Origin: a virus
IMG/VR virus record: IMGVR_UViG_3300028800_000012
Location: 1 to 64,000 of that record
DNA length: 64,000 bases
Direction: 5' to 3' (one strand)
The translations under genes and the position numbers were made by a program. Numbering within the stretch: the stretch's first letter is position 1; every line of letters starts with the position of its first letter. Below are positions 54,385-63,671 of this stretch, in pieces. Below the pieces are notes generated by a model that saw nothing but the letters and a program-made list of their open reading frames with translations, was not told the DNA's origin and searched no databases.

Positions 54385-55314
54385 CTAGAACCGCGTGACC
54401 TGCAGCGCAGACGACGGAGAACCGCTGGTCGGCTTGATCGCCTGAAACGGCAGCGTCACGATGCGAGACTGTGGGTTTTGCACAGGGGCGGAATTGCCCG
54501 ACAACTTCACCCGCGCCATCTGGAATTCAAGGCCGTGTCCCGCTGGGTCGGTGAGCGAGAATGACAGGCCGAATTCCGTCTCGTTCACATACCGGCTCAG
54601 CCACGTCGCGGAAATGCTCTGATCCAAGAACATCGTCACTTGGCCCGACACATCTCCCATGCCGTATTCGATGACTTGAGCCGATCTGTTGCCGAGCGTG
54701 TAGTTGGCCTTGGCGCCGTTATCGAGTGTGAAATCGACTCCGGTAATCATGGCCAACGCGGTGCCGGATTGCGCCGCGTCGTCATAGATCGACCCCGTGA
54801 GCGTATCGAACGGCTGGTTCGTGCCAGGGCCTGTCGGCGTGCCGCCCGACGTTGTACCCGATCCAGTCATGGTCGTGCCGAGTAATGAGAATGTCGATTG
54901 GACGATCTGCCCCGGCGCCATCTTGAAATTCCACTTGGACACCAGCATGTCGCGGTAGAGCCGATAGCGGCTCACGTCCAAGGCGCCATCTTCCAATGAC
55001 AGATAGGTCGGCGTCGTACCTATGGTGATAACGTTTGTCGCCCAAGCGCCGAACAGCGCCGATTGGATGAAGTCATCGAAATCCGTATAGGCGAGTTCGA
55101 CGACGACATCGCCTTCCGCATGCCGCGTGGTGTGACGGAAATCCGATACTTCGCGATCCGAGCGGATTGTCGCGCTCTTGATCGTGTCGGTTTTGTAATC
55201 GAGGCTATGCGAGACGAATTTCGTCTTGACATAATTGCCGGTCGCGGCGGTGCCGAAGGCAGTCTGTGCTTTCTCCAGCAGTTGCGAACGAATGCCTTGG
55301 GCATACGTGGCCAT
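54385..55314 (-). CDS. Major tail tube protein
   Basis: LEKAQTAFGTAATGNYVKTKFVSHSLDYKTDTIKSATIRSDREVSDFRHTTRHAEGDVVVELAYTDFDDFIQSAL. Confidence 0.8.
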   Translation of the reverse strand: MATYAQGIRSQLLEKAQTAFGTAATGNYVKTKFVSHSLDYKTDTIKSATIRSDREVSDFRHTTRHAEGDVVVELAYTDFDDFIQSALFGAWATNVITIGTTPTYLSLEDGALDVSRYRLYRDMLVSKWNFKMAPGQIVQSTFSLLGTTMTGSGTTSGGTPTGPGTNQPFDTLTGSIYDDAAQSGTALAMITGVDFTLDNGAKANYTLGNRSAQVIEYGMGDVSGQVTMFLDQSISATWLSRYVNETEFGLSFSLTDPAGHGLEFQMARVKLSGNSAPVQNPQSRIVTLPFQAIKPTSGSPSSALQVTRF

Positions 55315-55408
55315 GTTTAAATCGCTCCGTCTAAGTCGGGGAATGCGTCGCCGTCACGGCGATGCGGGGCGCGCTTGCGAGGCTGCGCTTTTGGGTGATC
55401 GGCCGCGG

Positions 55409-55882
55409 TTAAAGAGCGCCGAGGTATTGAGAGCCGCGCGGATGGTTGAACGCGATGCGCAGTAATGGCGTGGTGCTTGTTCGTGTCGTCCACGCCACAG
55501 TCACGGGCACCATGACCCAATCTGGGTGTGCTTGGGCGGGCGCGCGTTCCGCATAGCGCACGCGGACGACAGTTTCATTTTGCGTCACAACCTGCCCCGG
55601 CGGGAATTTTGCTCGAACTGCGTCGGCGGCGGATTCGGCTAGTCCTGTTCCCGACCCGGATGGGAAGAACAGACTGGCTTGGAATAAACCTTGCCGGATC
55701 GTATCGCCGTATTGACCGAGAGTGCGCGGACGTTCCGCTGTCGGCACCAGCGCATAAGCAACATAGGCGGTGCCGACGACAGGCGTGTAGGGAACGCCCT
55801 CATAGGCCTTGTCGCCCGGCAGTCCTGCCGCTGTATTCGCCTGCACGGTCAGAGCGCCACGGATATCCTGAAAGACGCTCAC
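55409..55882 (-). CDS. Tail terminator-like (DUF4128-like) protein, copy 1
   Basis: MSVFQDIRGALTVQANTAAGLPGDKAYEGVPYTPVVGTAYVAYALVPTAERP. Confidence 0.65.
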   Translation of the reverse strand: MSVFQDIRGALTVQANTAAGLPGDKAYEGVPYTPVVGTAYVAYALVPTAERPRTLGQYGDTIRQGLFQASLFFPSGSGTGLAESAADAVRAKFPPGQVVTQNETVVRVRYAERAPAQAHPDWVMVPVTVAWTTRTSTTPLLRIAFNHPRGSQYLGAL

Positions 55883-55900
55883 CCGTACCGCCCGATTACA

Positions 55901-56314
55901 TTACAATGCGTTGTGCAAATTCCATCCAACCGAGACTGGAACGGTGATCCAGTCTGGGGTTATCTGTGCCGGCCTGCGCTCGGCATACTCGATGCGCACC
56001 GATGTTTGCCCCTGTGTCACAACATCCCCGGGAACAAACTGGTCTTTGACAGAATCGGCGGCCTGCTCGGCTTGCCCTGTTCCTGAATCGGATGGGAACC
56101 ACAAAGTGATATGAAATTCACCTTGCAGGAGCGTCACAGTCCCGCCGAACGTAACCGGCCGCTCTTGTTCCGGCAGAAGCGAGTAGACGGCATAAGCTAT
56201 TCCGACATTCGGCGTGATCGGCACGCCTTCATAGGCGTGTACCGCCGGCATTCCGGACGCTGCATTAGCTCGCGTCGTTAAGGCCCCGCGAATATCTTGG
56301 AATAGAGTCGTCAC
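55901..56314 (-). CDS. Tail terminator-like (DUF4128-like) protein, copy 2
   Basis: MTTLFQDIRGALTTRANAASGMPAVHAYEGVPITPNVGIAYAVYSLLPEQERP; paralogous to 55409-55882. Confidence 0.65.
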   Translation of the reverse strand: MTTLFQDIRGALTTRANAASGMPAVHAYEGVPITPNVGIAYAVYSLLPEQERPVTFGGTVTLLQGEFHITLWFPSDSGTGQAEQAADSVKDQFVPGDVVTQGQTSVRIEYAERRPAQITPDWITVPVSVGWNLHNAL

Positions 56315-56760
56315 AATGCGGCGACTCTTTGCGCGGTTTCTTCGGCAATGCTTGCGGCACGATCAAGCGTCGATCTAACGAATGAACGCGGGGCCTGATT
56401 GTATTTGCGGCCGAGCGCATCGGTGCCGACAAAACCGAATTCAACCCGCATGGCATAAGTGGCGCCGTTATTCATGTAGAACATGTCGCCGAGTTTGAAT
56501 TCTGCCCCACCAACGAAGCCAAGCGACGCCGCTAAAGCTCCACCGCTTTTCGGACTAGACGGACCTGACACTACATCCTGCGCATTGATCGATGCGTACC
56601 ATGACGCCCGCAGAAACCCCGTCTTGACCGGCGTCGCTTCAATCACCTGTTCGCCGATATCCTGCACGAATTCGGACGCGAACAGTTGCGCCCGGCCCTT
56701 GGCCTTCTGCACAAAGGCGTCGATGTTGACGGTGAATTCCTTGGTGTCGGCGGTAAACAT
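56311..56760 (-). CDS. HK97 gp10-like tail completion protein
   Basis: SEFVQDIGEQVIEATPVKTGFLRASWYASIN. Confidence 0.7.
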   Translation of the reverse strand: MFTADTKEFTVNIDAFVQKAKGRAQLFASEFVQDIGEQVIEATPVKTGFLRASWYASINAQDVVSGPSSPKSGGALAASLGFVGGAEFKLGDMFYMNNGATYAMRVEFGFVGTDALGRKYNQAPRSFVRSTLDRAASIAEETAQRVAAL

Positions 56761-57122
56761 TACTTGCGCACCTGCAGCGTGTAACTGCCGATGATGCCGC
56801 CGATCTCGCGCGTCTTGAAATTGACAACCGTGTAGACATCCGACCCGACGACAAGACGGTCACCCACCTGCGGGGTGACGCTAGTATCGGTCGGGAGAAA
56901 CGTTGCCTTGCGGTCGGATTCCTTGATGACGGTGCCGTCCTGCGCAACATCGGAATAATCGCCGAGCCGTCCAGTGCCGGGGTAGTCGGTCGTCGTGTCG
57001 CCGGTTGTCGTGCCTGTGGTTGGGTCATACGTGCCGGCAACAATGCGCCGCAGCGTCATTGCCCGGCCCATGTCGCCGAGAAACCCGACGACACTCGCCT
57101 GGAATTGATTGCCGACCGTCAT
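56760..57122 (-). CDS. Head-tail joining protein-like
   Basis: DTSVTPQVGDRLVVGSDVYTVVNFKTREIGGIIGSYTLQVRK; connector position. Confidence 0.55.
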   Translation of the reverse strand: MTVGNQFQASVVGFLGDMGRAMTLRRIVAGTYDPTTGTTTGDTTTDYPGTGRLGDYSDVAQDGTVIKESDRKATFLPTDTSVTPQVGDRLVVGSDVYTVVNFKTREIGGIIGSYTLQVRK

Positions 57123-57580
57123 CAGCTCGTCGCGTCGTCGATGAAGTCGCGGCTATACGGCAGCGCAGTACCGGGGAAATCCATCTGGCCGACCTCGAAG
57201 CGATTCGGCTCGCGATCCGTATCCTGCCGCTCCGTATCCATATCGGCTTTGCTGGTGCCGCCGACGAACGGCGACCCAAGCCCGCCGCTGTCCGCCGTGA
57301 CCGCCTGTGTTCGCAGCCGAGTCGCCAGTGCGCGGAACATATCGGCGCGCTGGTTGTATTGCACGCTGGCGCCGTCGATCGACATCGCCGCAAAGCGGGA
57401 ATACTTCGCCGCCTGTGCATCGGCGAGTGCTGCCGCTGTCTGCAACGGCGATCCATAGATGCCGAGCGCGCCGGAAATTTCTTCGTCTGAGAACAGCGGG
57501 TCTGACGTGGTTGTATCGCCGAGTGCCAAGCGGACTTTCGCAAGATCGTTCGCCAAAGATGTGTCGTAAGTAAACGTCAC
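57122..57580 (-). CDS. Head-tail connector protein-like
   Basis: DLAKVRLALGDTTTSDPLFSDEEISGALGIYGSPLQTAAALADAQAAKYSRFA. Confidence 0.65.
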   Translation of the reverse strand: MTFTYDTSLANDLAKVRLALGDTTTSDPLFSDEEISGALGIYGSPLQTAAALADAQAAKYSRFAAMSIDGASVQYNQRADMFRALATRLRTQAVTADSGGLGSPFVGGTSKADMDTERQDTDREPNRFEVGQMDFPGTALPYSRDFIDDATS

Positions 57581-58377
57581 TTTCCGTCCACCATTTCACG
57601 CACAACACGAAGATATTTGAACGCCAACCCCATATTCATTTCGGCGAGCGTGAACTGCTGTTGGACTAATGAAGCCCACCATTGACGCCTGTTGCCGGGC
57701 ATCTCCGGTTTTTCCAGATCGGCGAGATCGAGATTCCCGACCGGCGCCGCCGCAGACGTTGGCTCGACAAACACAGGGACGCCCTCTTTTGCGGCTTCTA
57801 CCGCCGCATTGCTCGAATGCGTCACCAAGGCCCAACAACCCCGCAATTGCTCGCGTAACGGCCGGGTTTCTTCCTTGGTCCGGATAATGATCGGCCGGTC
57901 TGTGTGCTGCCGCACAAGCCCTTGGATTTTACAGGCCCAAGGGATGACCTTGATCCCCATTGCACGGCCGTAATGCACGCTCGGCAACGCTATGAGAACG
58001 TGCTTTCCCGTCGTTCTCCACGGCTTGATCTCGCGGATGCACATCGCCTCCGCGCGCTCGTAATCCGGCTTATCGAACATGACGGGAGTCATGCCGCGAT
58101 AAGTGAACCTGTAGTAACCGAACGGGCCGCCCTTAGCCGGCCGCCAATAACCGTTGTCAATATGCCAGAACGGACGATCTGCTCTTATTGCCTGCGGGAT
58201 AGCATCAAGCGCCGTCCAAAGCTGGCCCCATATTGCAAATGGAGCGCCGTCATTCGGCGGCATTCCTGCGACCAGCGCCGCCTTCTCTCCCCACCCCGGC
58301 GCTAGTGACGCCATGATGCGGGTTGTCTTTATTCTCCGCTCAGGCTCGACTACGCACCATAGGCGAACGTCGCTCAT
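57577..58377 (-). CDS. GT-B/capsule-biosynthesis-like protein
   Basis: LRGCWALVTHSSNAAVEAAKEGVPVFVEPTSAAAPVGNLDLADLEKPEMPGNRRQWWASLVQQQFTLAEMNMG. Confidence 0.5.
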   Translation of the reverse strand: MSDVRLWCVVEPERRIKTTRIMASLAPGWGEKAALVAGMPPNDGAPFAIWGQLWTALDAIPQAIRADRPFWHIDNGYWRPAKGGPFGYYRFTYRGMTPVMFDKPDYERAEAMCIREIKPWRTTGKHVLIALPSVHYGRAMGIKVIPWACKIQGLVRQHTDRPIIIRTKEETRPLREQLRGCWALVTHSSNAAVEAAKEGVPVFVEPTSAAAPVGNLDLADLEKPEMPGNRRQWWASLVQQQFTLAEMNMGLAFKYLRVVREMVDGK

Positions 58378-58389
58378 GGCGCGGCACTC

Positions 58390-59031
58390 CTACCAACTCA
58401 GGATATAATCACCGGCGATGACCTTCCGGACTTGCGCGCCCCATGAGCACAGCAATTCAACGGCATCGGTATCTCCGATGCCGAACTGCTTACCCTTGCC
58501 GATCTTCTGCTCGACAATCATGGCCGGACGATACTTGCGGATGGTCTGCGCGCCGCCTTTGCAAACAAACAGTTCGAACCCTTCGCAATCGATTTTTACG
58601 AGGTCAACATTGGCGAGTTCGAACGAATCCAGAGTCTTCATCTTCGCCAGATGCTCACCGTGCGCGGCAATCCATGTATCGCCCGATGAACTCTCGCCAG
58701 TATGCAGCGAAACGGATGCCCCGTGATCGCCGAGCGCAAACGGCCAAATATCGCAATTGTCTGTTTTGATATTCGCGTACCAGCATTCGCGGTGCCGCTC
58801 GACCGGCTCGAATGCCGTGACGTGCCGGAACATGACGGACAGAGGCCGCGTCCACAGTCCCGTATGCGCCCCGATATCGACTGCATGGCGGAAGTTCTTC
58901 ACATACGGTAGCGCCGCCATCAGTTTGTGCAATTGATAACTGGGACCGCCGGCAAATTCAGGCCCGTTCTCCAGAAATGCATCCAAGTGCGATTCACCGT
59001 CAGGGAGAAAGAAGCCATTAACTTGCTTCAA
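58390..59031 (-). CDS. FkbM-family methyltransferase
   Basis: HAVDIGAHTGLWTRPLSVMFRHVTAFEPVERHRECW...ELANVDLVKIDCEGFELFVCKG. Confidence 0.85.
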   Translation of the reverse strand: MKQVNGFFLPDGESHLDAFLENGPEFAGGPSYQLHKLMAALPYVKNFRHAVDIGAHTGLWTRPLSVMFRHVTAFEPVERHRECWYANIKTDNCDIWPFALGDHGASVSLHTGESSSGDTWIAAHGEHLAKMKTLDSFELANVDLVKIDCEGFELFVCKGGAQTIRKYRPAMIVEQKIGKGKQFGIGDTDAVELLCSWGAQVRKVIAGDYILSW

Positions 59032-59810
59032 GCAAGCCTCACTTTCGCCGCGTCATAGACCTCATCGGCCCCGATCCGCGCCATGCAGTCTCGACAATGG
59101 TCGCAAGGAGCAAGATTCCCGCAACCCAGATCATCGCCGGTAAACATGTTCGTATGCACGTCGTAGCCTGTTACGCGCGGCGAAATAAACCCGCCGAAGA
59201 TCACCACCGCAGCGATACCAAGCGCCGCCGCTGCATGATGCAGCCCGCCTTCTGGTCCGACATACAATTGCGCCCGCTCAAGCGACGCGCATGCGAGCCG
59301 GAATGTAGCGGCCTTGATTGTTCTGACACCGGCTAGCCGATGCGGCCCCGTGTCGAACTGCGCCACGTCGTGCCCGTCCATCGCCAACTGATCGGCGACT
59401 TCCTGATACCTGTTGACCGGCCACTGCTTATTCGGCGCCGAATGCTTGGTGTTCGGCTCGATGATGACGTCGGCATCGCCGAACGACTTCGCCCATTCCC
59501 GCTCGGCGTCGGTCAGATAGAGTTCGCCGGGGATAGCCTTGAAGCCTGGATTAAATATCCATCGATCGCCATCGATCCGGCAGTAAGCCCGCGCGCCGGG
59601 CGCATGGATGATCCAGTCTATCGATTCGCCGGTATCCTCCGCGCCGGGAGGCGCGACGTTCGGATTGCCGCGGTAGATGTCATGGGCATTGCGGTGCCAG
59701 ATGATGCGGCGGCAATTAACGTCACTGAAGGCGACGCGCTTGCCGTGCTTGGCTGCGCCTTTGGCAAGGCCGGAGCCAAGGATCTCGTCGCCGAAGCCCG
59801 TGACACGACC
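59028..59810 (-). CDS. GT9/heptosyltransferase-like protein, start codon unclear
   Basis: Frame reads GRVTGFGDEILGSGLAKGAAKHGKRVAFSDVNCRRIIWHRNAHDIYRGNPNVAPPGAED...NKQWPVNRYQEVADQLAMDGHDVAQ...LYVGPEGGLHHAAAALGIAAVVIFGG. Confidence 0.6.
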   Translation of the reverse strand, partial: GRVTGFGDEILGSGLAKGAAKHGKRVAFSDVNCRRIIWHRNAHDIYRGNPNVAPPGAEDTGESIDWIIHAPGARAYCRIDGDRWIFNPGFKAIPGELYLTDAEREWAKSFGDADVIIEPNTKHSAPNKQWPVNRYQEVADQLAMDGHDVAQFDTGPHRLAGVRTIKAATFRLACASLERAQLYVGPEGGLHHAAAALGIAAVVIFGGFISPRVTGYDVHTNMFTGDDLGCGNLAPCDHCRDCMARIGADEVYDAAKVRLA

Positions 59811-60761
59811 TCAATTATAGGCGACGCATTGTTCGCATGGCGTTCCGCGCACATCCTTTTTCAGATGCGCCGCACGCAATGCCGTGAATGCCGCCGAATT
59901 CCACGCATCCATAAACGGCTGCTTAGTCAGATCGCCCATCGCCCATGATTTATTCGCGTCGAAGCAGCAGGCGGATAGCTTCCCGTCGGCCGTGACATGG
60001 CCTTCCGTGAAAGCTGACCAGCAAGGCAATGGCTCTCTTAACGCCCCGAGCCTGCCTTGATTGCCGGCGGTCGGCCGGTATCCGAGTTCTTCTTCCCGCG
60101 CCGTCGCAAATGCACCCATCGAGTACAAGGGCAGCCAGTAATGCTCGTCCACATACGGCACGACATGCTCGGCCAGGAGATTTTCCATCTTGGCCTGTTG
60201 CTCGCCGTCATACCGGATCGAAGACGCATAGAGTCCGGTCGGATACCCCCTCGCCTCGCGCAATTCCCATGCGGCTTTGATATTGCTCAGTGCGATCGGA
60301 TACAGCCGGCGGTCAACCGCCATGACGTGTTCGAACTGGTCTTCATCCGCCGCATTTACCGACCATTTGATCGAGTCGATGCCGGCGCGCATGAGTTCGT
60401 CGACCCAGCGCGGCTTTGCCAGTGACGCATTCGACGTGAGGAATACATACGGCATCCCCACGTCCTGCTTGAGGTATTCGACGCAGGCGACAAGCAGTTT
60501 GGGATTCATCATGCTTTCGCCGAGGAAGAAGCACCCGACCTCCTCGACGCCGGCATCGCGCATTTCGCGTGTGATTCGCTTGAAAAACTCGAAATCCATG
60601 TCGGACTTCGGCTGTTCCTCGCGCGTCCGTAGAGCGCAGAAGCCGCAGCGATAGTTACATCGCGGCGATATTTCGATCTTGACCGAGCGCGGCGCGGGAC
60701 ATTCGGCCTTGAGATATGCCGGGGGAATTTTTGTGACGGCATCGATGCGTTCGGTAATCAT
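59811..60761 (-). CDS. Radical SAM / SPASM-domain protein
   Basis: EISPRCNYRCGFCALRTRE cluster motif; C-terminal CWSAFTEGHVTADGKLSACCFDANKSWAMGDL...GTPCEQC. Confidence 0.9.
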   Translation of the reverse strand: MITERIDAVTKIPPAYLKAECPAPRSVKIEISPRCNYRCGFCALRTREEQPKSDMDFEFFKRITREMRDAGVEEVGCFFLGESMMNPKLLVACVEYLKQDVGMPYVFLTSNASLAKPRWVDELMRAGIDSIKWSVNAADEDQFEHVMAVDRRLYPIALSNIKAAWELREARGYPTGLYASSIRYDGEQQAKMENLLAEHVVPYVDEHYWLPLYSMGAFATAREEELGYRPTAGNQGRLGALREPLPCWSAFTEGHVTADGKLSACCFDANKSWAMGDLTKQPFMDAWNSAAFTALRAAHLKKDVRGTPCEQCVAYN

Positions 60762-61498
60762 CGCGCCGCCCACTCCGCCAATGTTGAACGCCATTCATCG
60801 GCGAATGGAACGTCCTCGTATCCCGCCATGCAGGGAGAACCCAACGTATGGTGCACGACCTTCGGGCTTTCGATCGGCTCGCTTTCGCCGGCCAGCCAAT
60901 TCCATTCCGGAGCGAGTTCGCCGATTTGGTCGTCTTTCAGCCAGCAGAGCCGATGCAGATCGCGGCCGGGAAGCGTATTGACGAGTTCGGGCGTGAGCGC
61001 CTTGTTTGCCGTTCGGTCGCAATCAAAAACGACCAAGCTGCTCCAGTTTTTGCGGGCGTATTTGGTCTGCGCCTGCCCGTCCATTTTGACGGTTGAATGC
61101 GGCTCATGCTGATGCTTGACGCACCATGCGGCCTTTGGGCTTTCCTGCCGCTCGATCCATTGGAACAGGCGGCACAGGTTTTCCCTGACCAGCATGTCGC
61201 AGTCCATGAACAGCGCCAGCCCATGACCGGCGAGATGCGGAACAAGAAAGCGAGATATCGAGAACTGCGTCGAGCAAGGAGCGCCGCTGATCTCGTCCCA
61301 CAACTGCCACTGACCTTCGCTGTTCAAGCGCCGGTCGGTGGGTCGGCGGTAGAGCCCCCGCTTTTTCAAATCATCCAGCACCAGGCCATACACCGGCACC
61401 GGAAGCGTCAGTCTCTTGTTGATCGAGTGGCGGGCTACAGCGAACGCGGCGGCTTCACGCGGATCGAAGCCGATCCAGATACTCCAAGCCCTGCTCAA
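60758..61498 (-). CDS. GT-A-like glycosyltransferase
   Basis: IWIGFDPREAAAFAVARHSI...QFSISRFLVPHLAGHGLALFMDCDMLV (DxD). Confidence 0.65.
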   Translation of the reverse strand: MSRAWSIWIGFDPREAAAFAVARHSINKRLTLPVPVYGLVLDDLKKRGLYRRPTDRRLNSEGQWQLWDEISGAPCSTQFSISRFLVPHLAGHGLALFMDCDMLVRENLCRLFQWIERQESPKAAWCVKHQHEPHSTVKMDGQAQTKYARKNWSSLVVFDCDRTANKALTPELVNTLPGRDLHRLCWLKDDQIGELAPEWNWLAGESEPIESPKVVHHTLGSPCMAGYEDVPFADEWRSTLAEWAAR

Positions 61499-62129
61499 TC
61501 GTCACCTTTGGAAAAGCGTCAACGGTCGATATCGGCGAGGCATTCAAAACCTCGACGCCGCTGCGTTTGAGTTGGGGGAGACAGGCGTTGAAATTGTCGC
61601 CCCAGTTTTTCCAGTACCGGGCGTTTTGTCCCGCCGAGTACCAGTAGTAGTTTTCTAATTTGTAGTGATGCCCGCCCTGCTCGGTGTAATCGAAGCCGAA
61701 CAGAACGATACGCTTTGCGCCTTTGAGATAGGCGAGATTGACAGCGCCGAACCCGGAATTGCCGCCGCTTTGAATGACGGCGGGGTCATCGCTTAAGCCC
61801 TCGAAACGGGAGAGCCGAAGATACTTCGCCCGCTCGATCAGCGGACATTCAAGCGGAAACTCGTATTCCTGCCCGGTCGGAGCGAGGAAGATTTCCGCCC
61901 GGCACTCATGCCGCAATTTGTCGGCCTGCCGGCATATCCACCGCCGGTCCAATGCGAACACCGCATCGGCAAACGGCATTTCCCACACCGCTTCCTTGAC
62001 GGCGAGAACGCGAATGCCGGGAATGTGGAAGCGGCGGAAGTCGATATCTTTGAGGCTCGGACCCGTGCCGACGATTGCCAGCGGTTTGTCCGACCAATCC
62101 GGGTCGCCGATGCTCGTAAACGGCAGCAT
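61455..62129 (-). CDS. DUF115 / MptE-like protein
   Basis: LAIVGTGPSLKDIDFRRF...QSGGNSGFGAVNLAYLKGAKRIVLFGFDYTEQGGHHY. Confidence 0.6.
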   Translation of the reverse strand: MLPFTSIGDPDWSDKPLAIVGTGPSLKDIDFRRFHIPGIRVLAVKEAVWEMPFADAVFALDRRWICRQADKLRHECRAEIFLAPTGQEYEFPLECPLIERAKYLRLSRFEGLSDDPAVIQSGGNSGFGAVNLAYLKGAKRIVLFGFDYTEQGGHHYKLENYYWYSAGQNARYWKNWGDNFNACLPQLKRSGVEVLNASPISTVDAFPKVTIEQGLEYLDRLRSA

Positions 62130-62518
62130 CAGGACTTCGGCTTGTTCTTCGAACCTTTCGGTCGGCCGCCCTTGCGCCTGACGGGTACATCCGCCGCCAT
62201 GCACACGGTCTGCGCAGCCTCTTGCGGCGCCGCTTCAACAGCCAGAGGCGGCGCAAATGGCCGGTCGTTCTGCGTGATGTAATTCCAGTCGGCTTCTTCG
62301 GCCCGCCTGATCCAGCGCCGCTCGTAATGCTCTTTCAGCATCCGAGTGGAGAATTGAGACTTGTCGACAAGATCGCCGACACGCGGATGATATCCATTGA
62401 CGGTGAAGCCTTTCGGCCACGCGCCATAGACGTAATCCGCGTCTCGATCGAATGGTAAGAGCCAGTACGGGGCGTTCGGTGATGGCACCCTAGGCGTCCC
62501 GCACTGTGTTTGTGCCAC
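62129..62518 (-). CDS. Hypothetical protein with basic C-terminal GRPKGSKNKPKS tail
   Basis: ...AADVPVRRKGGRPKGSKNKPKS; ATGA coupling to the downstream gene. Confidence 0.5.
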   Translation of the reverse strand: MAQTQCGTPRVPSPNAPYWLLPFDRDADYVYGAWPKGFTVNGYHPRVGDLVDKSQFSTRMLKEHYERRWIRRAEEADWNYITQNDRPFAPPLAVEAAPQEAAQTVCMAADVPVRRKGGRPKGSKNKPKS

Positions 62519-62531
62519 GTATCAAGGCCGA

Positions 62532-63548
62532 TTAGGCGATGATCGTGTTGAAAAACACGCCGCACTCAGCCGCGACGAGTTTTTGCGCATACGCCTGTTG
62601 GATTTCCAGCCGGTCGGACTCAAGATGCTCTATCCGGAACTTCTTGATGCGCTGACCGGCGGGTCCGGCGCCAGTGAAGCCGACCCAGTTGAACGTGTAG
62701 CCTCCAGACGGAGACTGCAGGCTCGCGGCAGGAGCCGCATACACAAGCAGCGCCGACTTGCCGCCGATGAACGCATTCGACTCGTTCGTGTTCAGCGTGG
62801 TCGAATTGCTTTCCGCGCCCGTATTCTTGACGGCATCCATGACGAGGATTTCGTCAATTTCCATCAGCGCGGCGACGGCCTGCTTGGTGATGATGGCCGG
62901 CGCACCCGGAGACGCGCCGTACTTGATGCGGTCCGTGATCGAGCCGTGCTCGGACAGCTTCGACCAGACCTGACGGCCCATGACCAACTTGTTCGCCCGG
63001 AAGGTGGACGACAGGTGGATGCGGTCGTTGTAGGTCTTCACATCAGCGACGGGGGTGGCGTTGGAATCGTTCCACTGAAGGACGGTATTTCCAGCCGGGG
63101 AAGCCGAGACGCCGGTCACGTCGACCGACGCGCCGGTCCAGATGCCGGTGGTGAAGTAATTCGACGCCCAGTTGACCTCACGGTTGATGAGCGCCTTGTT
63201 CGCAAGGAAGTTCGTTGTATCGCGGTCCATATCGAGCGGCGAATCCGCATTCGAACGAACCTGATCTTCCACATCCTTGTGCAAGGCCCACACGTCGGCG
63301 TAATACGTCGGCGTGTTGTCGATCCTCCAGCCATCGCCGGCCGATTCCGAACCGGGCGCACGCTTCTTCATCGAGTCGCGGTTGAGGTCGCCGCGCGAAT
63401 AGACGAAATAGCGGTCGGACTGTTTCTGTACGGGAACGGCCGGGAACACTTTGTCGGCGACAAAGGCGTCCGGCTTCTGCATGAACGCGACGGAGATGTT
63501 CGTCAAAATCGCATTGACGTGGACATCGCCAGCGACAGGGTTAGCCAT
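62532..63548 (-). CDS. Major capsid protein
   Basis: MQKPDAFVADKVFPAVPVQKQSDRYFVYSRGDLNRDSM...YNDRIHLSSTFRANKLVMGRQVWSKLSEH; 338 aa, expected position. Confidence 0.85.
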   Translation of the reverse strand: MANPVAGDVHVNAILTNISVAFMQKPDAFVADKVFPAVPVQKQSDRYFVYSRGDLNRDSMKKRAPGSESAGDGWRIDNTPTYYADVWALHKDVEDQVRSNADSPLDMDRDTTNFLANKALINREVNWASNYFTTGIWTGASVDVTGVSASPAGNTVLQWNDSNATPVADVKTYNDRIHLSSTFRANKLVMGRQVWSKLSEHGSITDRIKYGASPGAPAIITKQAVAALMEIDEILVMDAVKNTGAESNSTTLNTNESNAFIGGKSALLVYAAPAASLQSPSGGYTFNWVGFTGAGPAGQRIKKFRIEHLESDRLEIQQAYAQKLVAAECGVFFNTIIA

Positions 63549-63671
63549 TTGTACTGCTCCCTCTAAGGGAAAGCCGGCGCTGTCACAGCGCGGGCGTAGC
63601 GAAAGGGGTGCGCCTCAACGAAAAAGCCGCCCTTAAGGCGGCCACCATCAATGCGCTAGGTTGTCTGTTTG

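Noticed and set aside
62583-63566. 327-aa plus-strand ORF opposite the major capsid gene
   Set aside because: Arginine-rich shadow ORF of a clear capsid gene in GC-rich DNA; no recognisable motif and wrong direction for the operon.
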